DNA of 64,000 nt from Candidatus Spongiisociaceae bacterium (GCA_965262915.1 OZ253564.1:2464001-2528000), one strand, 5' to 3'. Shown: positions 1 through 8,550, numbered from the stretch's first letter. A program made the numbers and translations. Notes: generated from the letters alone by a model not told the origin.

Positions 1-984
1 CGGCGCGAGTCCAAGCGGATGGCCAAGGTAGCCCGACAATTGTCCGACATGCCCAAGGTGAGGGAGCGCTTCGCCGAGGGTCACATCACTTTGGACCAGG
101 CGACCGCTCTGGCCAACGCCGCGGAAAAGGTGGGGCCCGACGCGGTGGAGTCCGATCCCGACCTGTTGGAACTCGCCGACCGGCTCCTGCCGGACACCTT
201 CGGGCAGCATGCGAAGAAGTGGGCGGACCGCAAGCTGATCGAACAAGGTGTGAGCCCACTCGATCGGCAACGGCGCGCCCGGGAGGCGAAACTCTGGGTG
301 GAGGACCGGACCGGTCTCGGGGTGCTGATGGCCAAGCTACCGGCACCCCAGTTCACCCACCTGCGCCAGGCCATCGACCATCACTACCTGGAGCTTCTCC
401 GCCGTGACGGAGCCGAGGGCCTCGATCCAGACGGCGTCCGCAGCCCGAGACAACGCCTGGCAGATGCCGTTCTCGAACTCGTCACGCATCGGGACGCGCT
501 CACCGGAGAGTTCATCGCTGGGATGCCCGGTGTGAAGGCCAAGGCCTCCACCCAGGTGATCCTCGTTGCGCCGGTGGGCGTGGTGGACGGCACCGACCCC
601 GGCGGTCATGTCGAGATGATCGGCGCGGGTCCCGTACCCCGCCAGATACTCGAGACCCTCACACCGGATACGGAACTGGCCGGGATGGTCTTCGACCGGG
701 CCGGCCGTCCTCTCTGGCTGGGCCGCCGCCAACGCCTCGCCAACGCCGCCCAACGGCTCGCGGTGGCCGTACGCGACGGGGGATGCTTCGAATGCGGCGC
801 CCCCATGCACCGCTGCGAACTCCACCACATCAAAGAGTGGCACCGTGACGGTGGCCGGACCGACATCAACAACCTGGTCGCGGTCTGCCGCAGACACCAC
901 AAGTGGCTCGAAACCGAGAACCTCGTAGTCATACACACCGCCCACGGATATGAGGCCCGCCCGCGCGACGGGCCGGCGCCATGA
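1..984 (+). CDS. DUF222 / HNH endonuclease domain protein (REP13E12-like), 5' end outside window
   Basis: Frame is open from base 1. C-terminal CFECG...CELHHIKEW...TDINNLVAVCRRHH HNH/Zn motif and 'QRLADAVLEL' DUF222-type helix. Confidence 0.85.
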   Translation, partial: RRESKRMAKVARQLSDMPKVRERFAEGHITLDQATALANAAEKVGPDAVESDPDLLELADRLLPDTFGQHAKKWADRKLIEQGVSPLDRQRRAREAKLWVEDRTGLGVLMAKLPAPQFTHLRQAIDHHYLELLRRDGAEGLDPDGVRSPRQRLADAVLELVTHRDALTGEFIAGMPGVKAKASTQVILVAPVGVVDGTDPGGHVEMIGAGPVPRQILETLTPDTELAGMVFDRAGRPLWLGRRQRLANAAQRLAVAVRDGGCFECGAPMHRCELHHIKEWHRDGGRTDINNLVAVCRRHHKWLETENLVVIHTAHGYEARPRDGPAP

Positions 985-1027
985 CTCGACGTGAGGGAGA
1001 ATCGGCTGCTCGTTCTGCAGTCAGGGT

Positions 1028-2122
1028 CTAGTGTCCTGATTCGGGGATTCGTTGTAGATAGTTGGTGAGGTTGTCGAAGATTTGGTCGGCGGTTTTGTGC
1101 CAGATGAAGGGTTTGGGGTTTTGGTTCCAGTGTTGGGTCCATTGGTTGATGGCGTCGGTGAGTTCGGCTACGGATCGGTGGGTGCCTCGGCGTATCTGTT
1201 TGGTGGTGAGTTCGGAGAACCATCGCTCGACGAGGTTCATCCACGACGCGTAGGTGGGTGTGAAATGGAACGTGAACCGTGGATGGCGTTGCAGCCAGCG
1301 CCCTATGGGTTCGGTTTTGTGGGGCGACGCGTTGTCCAACACGACATGGACGTCGAGTTCTGGTGGGACTTCGCGGTTGATGAGGTTTAGGAACGTCTGG
1401 AATTTGTGGGTGCGGTTGCGTCGTGTCATGGAGGTGATGACCCGGCCGGTGGCCGTGTCGAGCGCGGCCCCGAGGTTGGTGGTGCCGTACCGGCGGTAGT
1501 CGTGGGTGCGCCGCTGGGGGGTTCCGGGCAACAGGGGCAGGATCGGCGCGGTGCGGTCGAGGGCCTGTATCTGGGATTTGTGGTCCACACACAGCACCAC
1601 CGCCGCGTCGGGCGGGTTCAGGTACAAACCCGCCAGGTCGCGGACCTTTTCCACGAACTGGGGGTCGGGAGATATCTTGAAATGCTCGGTCCGGTGCGGC
1701 TTGAGACCGAACGCCCGCCATATTCTTAGGATCGACGACTGGGACAGGCCCACGGCCCTCGCCATGGACCGGGTCGACCAGTGCGTCGCGTCTCTCGGTG
1801 TTTCCTCCAGCGTCTTGACCACCACTTCTTCTACCTTGGCGTCGTCGATGCGGCGGGGCGGCCCGGGGCGGGGATTGTCGTAGAGGCCGTCGAGACGGCG
1901 CCGGGCGAAACGGTTCCGCCACTTCGAGACCGTAACCCCGCTGCAGCCCACCTCCGCTGCGATGTCCACATTGGTGCGGCCTTCGGCCGCTCCCAGCACG
2001 ATACGAGACCGCATCGCTAACCCTTGTGCGGTGCTACGCCGCCGTATCCACCGCTCCAGCGTCTGGCGTTCCTCTTCATCCAGCTCGATAACCACTGCTT
2101 TACGACTCCGCTGCTTCTCCAT
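1028..2122 (-). CDS. IS630-family transposase
   Basis: HTH N-terminus, HWSTRSMA, VVLDNASPHK, FTPTYASWMNLVERWF motifs. Stop codon lies inside the terminal repeat. Confidence 0.95.
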   Translation of the reverse strand: MEKQRSRKAVVIELDEEERQTLERWIRRRSTAQGLAMRSRIVLGAAEGRTNVDIAAEVGCSGVTVSKWRNRFARRRLDGLYDNPRPGPPRRIDDAKVEEVVVKTLEETPRDATHWSTRSMARAVGLSQSSILRIWRAFGLKPHRTEHFKISPDPQFVEKVRDLAGLYLNPPDAAVVLCVDHKSQIQALDRTAPILPLLPGTPQRRTHDYRRYGTTNLGAALDTATGRVITSMTRRNRTHKFQTFLNLINREVPPELDVHVVLDNASPHKTEPIGRWLQRHPRFTFHFTPTYASWMNLVERWFSELTTKQIRRGTHRSVAELTDAINQWTQHWNQNPKPFIWHKTADQIFDNLTNYLQRIPESGH

Positions 2123-2203
2123 ACGCTGCTCCCACTACTGACTGACACTGACCTGCATATTCTAGCAGCATATGGCAAAGAAACTAAGGAATCAGGACAC
2201 TAG
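1028..2203 (-). mobile_element. IS630-family insertion sequence, complete
   Basis: Perfect 15-bp inverted repeats CTAGTGTCCTGATTC (1028-1042) and GAATCAGGACACTAG (2189-2203), CTAG at both ends, enclosing the transposase. Confidence 0.92.
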
Positions 2204-2271
2204 GACCGGGCGGGGGTACCTGTCCCCCGGACTGGAGTACGCGCATGTGAATACTCTGATATGCTGACTGT

Positions 2272-2550
2272 ATGCGTAAACGGCGTGTCACGATCACAGT
2301 GGACGAGGATCTTCTCGACGAGGTTAACGCTGCGGTAGCCGATGGTCACGCCCGATCGGTAAGCGAGTGGGTCGCCGGAGCCATGGCACAACGGCGGGCC
2401 AGGGATCGACGCCTCGCGGTGCTCAGCGAGTTGATCCGCGACTACGAGGCTGCACACGGGGTTATCACCGGCGACGAGATAGCCGAACAGGCGCAGCGGG
2501 ACAGGGACGCCGCCGCGGTTGCACGGATGGCAGCCCGCCGAGCTGGATGA
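2272..2550 (+). CDS. Ribbon-helix-helix antitoxin
   Basis: RVTITVDEDLL...SVSEWV RHH pattern. ATGA overlap with the PIN gene. TATGCT 6 nt upstream suggests a leaderless mRNA. Confidence 0.75.
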   Translation: MRKRRVTITVDEDLLDEVNAAVADGHARSVSEWVAGAMAQRRARDRRLAVLSELIRDYEAAHGVITGDEIAEQAQRDRDAAAVARMAARRAG

Positions 2551-2927
2551 GCGTCATTTTGGACGCGGGCGCGTTCGTGGCGCTCGAGCGTGACGATCGG
2601 GCGATGTGGCGCCGTCTCAAAGCAGCCCTGAAGTCAGGGAGTCCACCGATGACCCACGGTGGTGTGATCGCTCAGGTATGGCGCGGCGGAAACGGCCGCC
2701 AAGCCGGACTCGCCCGAGCGCTGCACGCTGTCGAGACCGTCCCCCTCGACGACGAGTTGGGCCGCCGGGCCGGTGTGCTGCTCGCCCGTTCCGGGCTGAG
2801 CGACGCAGTCGACGCAGCACTAGCGGCCATGGCCGCTCACAGTGATCAGATCATCACTTCCGACCCCGACGACCTCGCCGTCCTTGTCGCCGCCACCGAC
2901 CGCCGGGTTGACGTCGTCCCGATCTGA
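2547..2927 (+). CDS. PIN-domain toxin (VapC-like)
   Basis: Start at MSVILDAGA (ATG 2547). PIN acidic residues, DAVDA and IITSDPDDL. Confidence 0.85.
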   Translation: MSVILDAGAFVALERDDRAMWRRLKAALKSGSPPMTHGGVIAQVWRGGNGRQAGLARALHAVETVPLDDELGRRAGVLLARSGLSDAVDAALAAMAAHSDQIITSDPDDLAVLVAATDRRVDVVPI

Positions 2928-2989
2928 ACTGAACTACCTTCGTTGAGGCTTTGGGCGCTCATCTACCGGCGGTAGGTTTTCTTGTGTCC

Positions 2990-3874
2990 TCAGGGATGTT
3001 GAATCGGTCCTCTGTATGCTGCAATATGGGCGAACGCTCTGTTGCGATGATTCTGTGTAGTAAAGGTCGAACGCTCGAACCCGGCCTCTGAGAATAGTTT
3101 GTATAGTGTCGATGTATCCAGGAAGCTGTTTCTCTCCTGGTTCGCCATGAAAACTGAGATACGGTGGATCAATTCATCATGTCGTAAATCGGATACCTCG
3201 GGCCACCAAGACCGAGCATCGGTGGCCACTTGGTGCCAGCGGTTGATTCTCTGTGCGGTCTGAGCCCCTGAGTTGGAGCCTACCTGATGGAGGCGAACAG
3301 TCGTGAGAACCGCCCCTTTCGGCGACAGCGATTCATACCAGACAGCCAGCAGTTTCTTAAGGTCATTGGTAGGAAACCGAGGGAGAAATGAGTCACTTAC
3401 GATAATGTCATAGAAGGCCGGCCTTTCGTGCTCGATCGCGTTGGCGACCAACAACTCCGGGACAGGTACACCAATATGTCTCGCATACCATGATATCCCC
3501 ATCAGTGGTGTGGCACATAGATCAAGCGCGGTAACCATTCCGGAGTCGGATAGCTGGCTATGTACCAACGCATACATGGAGTAGTCGGCGCAGCCACTGA
3601 TAAGGATCCGCAGTTCGGTTCGATCGGCGCTTTGTTCGGCCATCGCCTTGCGAAAGAACGAAGCATGCCAAGAAGGAGTAGATACAAGATCTAGCAACCG
3701 AAGATACTGCCAGGTGCCATGATACCAATCGCATGATGACTGTCCGCTCTGAGCGCAAGTCCAGTTGGCCACAGTATCCAACCATGTCGCGCTCTGTGCC
3801 AGGGGCTCGGAGATCTCCCCAGCGAGATGTTTCAGGGAATCGGGGTGTCGGAACGCCAAAGTATCAAAGATCAT
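2990..3874 (-). CDS. Class I SAM-dependent methyltransferase-like protein
   Basis: ILISGCADY, VTALDLC, YDIIVSD and SLSPKGAVL motifs. Lower GC than flanks. Start taken at MIFDT; the ORF track extends to 3985. Confidence 0.7.
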   Translation of the reverse strand: MIFDTLAFRHPDSLKHLAGEISEPLAQSATWLDTVANWTCAQSGQSSCDWYHGTWQYLRLLDLVSTPSWHASFFRKAMAEQSADRTELRILISGCADYSMYALVHSQLSDSGMVTALDLCATPLMGISWYARHIGVPVPELLVANAIEHERPAFYDIIVSDSFLPRFPTNDLKKLLAVWYESLSPKGAVLTTVRLHQVGSNSGAQTAQRINRWHQVATDARSWWPEVSDLRHDELIHRISVFMANQERNSFLDTSTLYKLFSEAGFERSTFTTQNHRNRAFAHIAAYRGPIQHP

Positions 3875-4305
3875 AGAGTCGTTCGATCCGAGTTTTTTGG
3901 GAAACCGAGATTCGGAGTGGGTGGGGCCTCGAGTAGCGAGGTCGCGACCTTCATGCAGTTCCCCCTGCCTGGAACCCTTTGCCACCCCAGCAGACGATCA
4001 GGCCGTCGACTCGCAGTCCGAATCAATGGCAACGGTCGGCGGACACCGCCGCGAGATCCTCCGAGGCTGATCGATGCTCCCCTCGACCGCCGACGCGTGC
4101 CCGCGGTTCCACCCCGGTTGAATGGGAGATCTGTTGCGGTTTTCTCCGGACCCATTTCGAGTTGGACGATCTCCGTGAAGCAGACGTCCCAGCGTCGTGG
4201 ATGTAGGTTCCTGGGTGCGAGCGCACAATCGGTCGACAGCGGAATCGATGCGCGTCTCCAGGTGGATCGGTCTGGTATTTATAAGGTTATTATACACTCT
4301 GCTAG

Positions 4306-4336
4306 TTTATACTCACTGAGTGGACCATACTATAGT
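4306..4336 (+). promoter_or_regulatory. Putative MerR-type promoter/operator
   Basis: TTTATA-N19-TATAGT with the dyad ACTCA-C-TGAGT (4311-4321) in the spacer, just upstream of the MerR gene. Confidence 0.35.
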
Positions 4337-4344
4337 GAACCCGC

Positions 4345-5124
4345 GTGACGCAGACAGAATCCGGCAACATCCCCCCTCCAGGCGGCAAGACAGCCGAGAT
4401 GACCATCGACCAGCTTGCCCACGAGGCCGGGATCCCCACCTCGACCGTGCGCCTCTACCAGAACAGAGGGCTGCTCCCTCCCCCACGGCGCCAAGGCCGG
4501 CTGGGCTACTACAACGCCGAGCACCGGGACCGCCTGCGACTGATCGCTCACTTGCAGGAACGGGGGTTCTCGCTGGCTGCGATCAAAGAGACCCTGGACC
4601 ATTGGACCGAGGGCCGCTCCCTCGCCCATCTTTTGGGCGTTAGCCGGATAGCTCCCAGCCTCGAGCGCAAGCCGGTGCGTCTGTCACCCCAGGAGTTCGT
4701 CGAACGATTCGCGGGGATGGACATCACCCAGGAGGACATCCAGCGGGCCGTGCGGATCGGCTTGGTCGAACTCGAAGGCGCGGAGTTGTCGATACCCAAC
4801 GAAGCCTTCATCGATCTCGGCGCCGCCGTAGCGCGAATGGGGATTCCCGTTTCGGAGGTCCTCGACGAGCACGAGGCCCTCATGATCTCCGTCAACGGCA
4901 TCGCCGAGCGATTCCGCGAGGTGTTCCAGCGCCACTTCTGGGAACCGTTCGTCAGCAGGGGCATGCCCGCCGAGGAGATGTCCTCCCTGAGCGCGGCCGT
5001 CAACCAACTCACCGAACTGGCCACCAGCGTCGTGACCGCCGAACTGCACGAGCGTTTCGCAGTCTTCGCTGAGCAGTACCTCGCCCGGGCCGCAGAGTCG
5101 GTCGCCGAAGGACGCGACAACTGA
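4345..5124 (+). CDS. MerR-family transcriptional regulator (intact copy)
   Basis: MTIDQLAHEAGIPTSTVRLYQNRGLLPPP...RLRLIAHLQERGFSLAAIKE. Alternative start at 4399. Confidence 0.9.
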   Translation: MTQTESGNIPPPGGKTAEMTIDQLAHEAGIPTSTVRLYQNRGLLPPPRRQGRLGYYNAEHRDRLRLIAHLQERGFSLAAIKETLDHWTEGRSLAHLLGVSRIAPSLERKPVRLSPQEFVERFAGMDITQEDIQRAVRIGLVELEGAELSIPNEAFIDLGAAVARMGIPVSEVLDEHEALMISVNGIAERFREVFQRHFWEPFVSRGMPAEEMSSLSAAVNQLTELATSVVTAELHERFAVFAEQYLARAAESVAEGRDN

Positions 5125-5160
5125 CCAGCATGGCCAAACCGACATCGGGATCTTCGTGGT

Positions 5161-5355
5161 CTACTCGAAGGAGGTGCTCGCCGGTGCCCAGGTGTCGGGT
5201 CGGATGAATACACCGTTTATGAAGGCTGCTGCTTCGGCTCGGGTGGCGTTGCGGTGGGGGCAGAACAGTTCAGGTCCGCATCCCGGGGCGATCCCGACGA
5301 CGGCTCTCCTCACCCCAGTACCGACCGGTAGTTGCTCTGCCATCGCGAAGCTCAC
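5161..5355 (-). pseudogene. S-layer homology (SLH) domain fragment
   Basis: GIAPGCGPELFCPHRNATRAEAAAFI matches the SLH motif. The upstream part is not in frame. Confidence 0.55.
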
Positions 5356-5836
5356 TCCCCCGTGCGGGATGGGTGGCTCATCGGATCCGGGTGGGGAGTA
5401 CCCGCAGCTGATCCGGGTGGCCCGATGGCCGATGGTACGACCGAGCCGCTGACCCTCCCCGGGTCAGGATCGGTCGTGGAGGTCTATGGCAAGACGCTGC
5501 GGGCATCCGGCGCCGAGTCGGGGGTCGTCGATCCGGTAGAGACCTCGAACGGTGTCCTCTGCGTGCCAGGCCATGCGAACTTATCGGCCCTTCGCGTCCT
5601 GTGGGATGGTGGAGTAGCTGTTGCCGGTGCGCTGTCATGTTAGGAGGAGCCCGCGGGCGGCGTAGATGTGTACCTCGGTATCGGCAGCACATCGAACTGG
5701 CGGGTCTGGTCTCCCAGGTGGAGGTTTGCGTCGAACACCACAGGTGATGGCACAGTTCTGCCTTGGATTCTGTGCAATACTCATGGGGCAATACTCATGG
5801 GTAGGAGAAATAGCAGTTCTTCTCGGGGGTATCTCG

Positions 5837-6073
5837 ATGACACCACTGACCGAAGCCCGGAACCGTTTGAGTGAGATCGTGGACGAGGTGGTCTCCACCG
5901 GCTCCGACCTCGTCATCACGAAACACGGACGGCCTGCAGCCGTGCTCATCGGTTACGAAGAGTACGAAGCTCTTCTCGAGACGCTCAACATCCTCTCCGA
6001 CCCCGAAGCCATGGCAGCCCTGACCGAAGCCGAGCGAGATCTCGCCGCAGGAGACCTGGTGGATCTCACCTGA
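5837..6073 (+). CDS. Phd/YefM antitoxin
   Basis: MTPLTEARNRLSEIVDEV...ITKHGRPAAVL. Confidence 0.88.
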   Translation: MTPLTEARNRLSEIVDEVVSTGSDLVITKHGRPAAVLIGYEEYEALLETLNILSDPEAMAALTEAERDLAAGDLVDLT

Positions 6074-6080
6074 TCTGGCT

Positions 6081-6323
6081 ATGCCCCGGCTAACCCGCCG
6101 CGCTAGGAAGGATCTCGACAGGCTGCCCTCAGCCCTCGCGACCAAGGCATACGAGATCGTCAGACGCCTGGACGACGAGCCTGATCTAGGGAAGAAGCTG
6201 TTGGGGCCGTTGAAAGGCAAGCGTTCGACACGTCTGGGACGGTCTCATCGCATCATCTATACGATTACCGAGGACGGAGTCGTGGTTCTGACAATCGTCG
6301 CAAGGAAGGACGCCTACCGCTGA
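6081..6323 (+). CDS. RelE/ParE toxin
   Basis: RRARKDLDRL...GKKLLGPLKGKRSTRLGRSHRIIY...RKDAYR, directly after the antitoxin. Confidence 0.88.
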   Translation: MPRLTRRARKDLDRLPSALATKAYEIVRRLDDEPDLGKKLLGPLKGKRSTRLGRSHRIIYTITEDGVVVLTIVARKDAYR

Positions 6324-6345
6324 CGGTCTAGCGCCCTCCCGTCGA

Positions 6346-6381
6346 TCACGGAACAAGGATGTGTGGAAGTTTGTAGTCCAT
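6346..6381 (-). pseudogene. Possible N-terminal stub of an S8 peptidase (IetS-like)
   Basis: ATG...TGA reads MDYKLPHILVP directly after the AAA ATPase. Position and the 'PHILV' start resemble ATPase-linked S8 proteases (inference). Confidence 0.35.
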
Positions 6382-6393
6382 CCGCTTGCCCGA

Positions 6394-7372
6394 TCAGTCT
6401 TCGTTGGGGCGCCGCTCTCGGAGTGCCGCCTCTAGAGCACCCGCCGTGATCCTCTTCTCCCCCGCCAACACGATCCGTTTGGCTGCAGCCTCGGCAGCAC
6501 GAACGAGGTCCGCGTGGCTCAGGCCCGCGGTGCAACCGGGCAAGGGCATCCCAATCAACGCCCTTCGTGTCGAGCATCGCAAGCCGATTCCTCATCACGA
6601 CCACCGCTGCATCAGGATCGGGCAGCCGATACTCGACCACCTGGTCGAATCTGCGATAGAGCGCCTTGTCCAACAACCCGGGATGATTCGTCGCCGCCAC
6701 AACCACACTTATCGGGGACGCATGTTCCAGGAATTGAAGGAAGGAGTTGAGCATCCGCCTGGCTTCGCCCACATCGTTGGGCACACCGCGTTCGGCTCCG
6801 AGAGCGTCAAACTCGTCGAACAGGTAGACGGCTCTGGTCGACGCTACCGCATCGAAGACAAGGCGCAGCTGAGCTGCGGTTTCCCCCATGTACTTGCTGA
6901 TCAACACATGGAGCTGGATGGTGAAGAGCGGCAGCTTCAGACCGTGCGCAAGCGCGGCCGCTGACATGCTCTTGCCCGTACCCGGCGGGCCTAGGAGGAG
7001 AACGCGGTGGATGGGGTCAAGACCGTGGGTAGCCAGGAGGTCCGAACGACGCTGTTCCGTCAGAATGCGCTCGAGCTTCGCCCGCAACTCAAGGTCCAAC
7101 GTCATCATGTCCAGGGAGACATCTGGGTAGCTGACCGTCATCAGGCCGGCGAGTTCCCCCCGCGGCTGCACCATTGGCACGGGACGCAATGCTGTGGCCG
7201 CACGTGCCCCCTTCGCAGAATCGATCAGCTCCCGAAGGTCCTGGGCAAACCGATTCTTCCCTTCTCTGGCGGCTCTCGCGGCAACCTGAAGCGCGACGGA
7301 GTAGAAGCCGTCGTCGTCACCTTCCATATGCCGACGGACCAGCGCCTTGAAATGATCAGCGGTGAGTGCCAT
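6394..7372 (-). pseudogene. AAA ATPase (IetA-like), frameshifted near 6535
   Basis: GPPGTGKS Walker A, YLFDEFD Walker B, AATNH...RRFD. The C-terminus GLSHADLVRAAEAA continues in another frame (6394..6582). Confidence 0.8.
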
Positions 7373-7607
7373 GCGCTCCGTTCCCTTCCGGTGCCCCCCG
7401 GCCGCGCCCCACGCATCACGAGCCACTCCGGTCGCACCGACACAGACCGTGGGTTGCACTCGGTTCTCACCATCCTACGCCCACTCGGGCCGCCCGGACC
7501 TCCTATGCTGACGGCCACCCAGTTCAGACATTCCACGACTGGGCTAACGGGACTCGGAGAGCAGGGTTCGCGTGGACGTTTCCTCTCCGGTCAGAAGGAG
7601 CGCCGAG

Positions 7608-7777
7608 ATGACCATCGACCAGCTTGCTCATGAGGCGGGGATTCCCACTTCGACGGTGCGGCTCTACCAGAACAGAGGGCTGCTCCTTCCCTCGCTGCGG
7701 CAGGGCCGGATGGGTTTCTACAACGCCGAGCATCGCGACTGGCTCCGGTTGATCGCTCACCTGCAGGAACGGGGCTT
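7608..7777 (+). pseudogene. MerR regulator, truncated copy 2
   Basis: Near-identical to the gene starting at 4399 up to QERGF, where the MITE begins (CCAG at 7778). Confidence 0.85.
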
Positions 7778-7883
7778 CCAGGAGGGTGGTCAAAATCGCC
7801 TCCACTGCCCGTCGGCCGATGACATAATCCCTGGTCAGCGGGCGACGGGCACCAGCACCCGATCATTTGCACCACCCTCCTAA
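7778..7883. mobile_element. MITE family A (IS1182-like ends)
   Basis: CCAG-GAGGGTGGT ... ACCACCCTC-CTAA inverted ends, ~100 bp, no ORF. Confidence 0.75.
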
Positions 7884-7990
7884 TGTCCCGAATCTCAAGT
7901 TCGTTGTGGTGAATACAGCTTCATCGGACTGCCGCGGCCCCGACCGGACCCCGGTCCTCCCTCTCCAGGTAACCGGCTGCCACACAAGGG

Positions 7991-8019
7991 TTGATCCTGT
8001 CACACCCACGTTGTATAAT
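7991..8019 (+). promoter_or_regulatory. Promoter of RNA cassette copy 1
   Basis: TTGATC-17 bp-TATAAT with TGTCAC 10 nt before the -10 box. Same geometry in all six copies. Confidence 0.75.
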
Positions 8020-8024
8020 GTTTG

Positions 8025-8196
8025 ATAGCCGTATACACCACCGGTTCGCTTCCGACGTCAAGCGGACCGGGGCAGGGATCACAATGCTTCGCGCCGACCC
8101 TCCCCGGGGATGGGGGGAGCGCGCTCGGGGACCGATGGAGGTGGCGGCGGGGGCGGGCCCACGGGAGTGGTCCGTTCGGGCGTTTTTCGCGTTCTC
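8025..8196 (+). ncRNA. Unassigned structured RNA motif, copy 1
   Basis: CACC..., hairpin CCGGTTCGCTT/AAGCGGACCGG with GACGTC loop, GGGATCA, GGAGGTGGCGG, GCGTTTTTCGCG. Confidence 0.65.
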
Positions 8197-8286
8197 GTTG
8201 TTGGGGATCGGGTGGGTGGGTTGCTCAGCCTTGCTTCCGGGTATCTGTAGCGATTTCCTGATTCAGGACACCGGACAACTATAGCG

Positions 8287-8550
8287 TCACCGATCCGAGC
8301 GGCGCCGGTGTTGCTGGTACATGGTCTGTAGGTTGAGCCACAGCTCTGCGCTGGTGCCGAGCGCTTCGGACAAGGACGATGCCGTGTCGGCGGTGATCGG
8401 CTTCTTGGCGTCGAGGATCTCCGATACCACCAGTACGGGCTGGCCAATGATCTCGGCCAACTCGGTGACGGTCCACCCGCGCTCTTCGAGTTCATCGCGC
8501 AGGTACTCACCGGGAGGGAATGCCTCTGCAGTTGTATGGGTCACGGTCAT
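8287..8550 (-). CDS. HigA-like XRE HTH protein (orphan, possibly truncated)
   Basis: FPPGEYLRDELEERGWT..ELA...ITADTA..L...GTSAELWLNLQ. Confidence 0.8.
   Translation of the reverse strand: MTVTHTTAEAFPPGEYLRDELEERGWTVTELAEIIGQPVLVVSEILDAKKPITADTASSLSEALGTSAELWLNLQTMYQQHRRRSDR

Larger units (their letters stand above)
7884..8270 (+). mobile_element. IS630-derived non-autonomous element carrying the RNA cassette (complete, 387 bp)
   Basis: TGTCCCGAATC (7884) and GATTCAGGACA (8260-8270) ends. The right end matches the IS630 3' end at 23/30 nt. Confidence 0.75.

Noticed and set aside
6530-6545. Programmed frameshift in the AAA ATPase
   Set aside because: No slippery heptamer is visible and the partner gene is deleted. 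Decay or sequencing error is more likely.
7988-8004. CRP site (TGTGA-N6-TCACA) in the cassette promoter
   Set aside because: Only the TCACA half-site is present. Spacing to the upstream TGA is 4-5 nt and variable, whereas spacing to the -10 box is fixed.
7991-8196. Cassette as a T-box, cobalamin or SAM riboswitch, raiA, or integron attC
   Set aside because: The signature motifs are absent. Copies are not consistently upstream of co-oriented genes (copies 1, 2, 3 and 5 point at convergent genes), and there is no integron integrase or RYYYAAC/GTTRRRY ends.
7991-8284. Small protein encoded by the cassette (track ORFs 7991..8284, 12212..12514, 34178..34597)
   Set aside because: These ORFs start at the TTG of the -35 box, and their frames and lengths are not conserved among copies.
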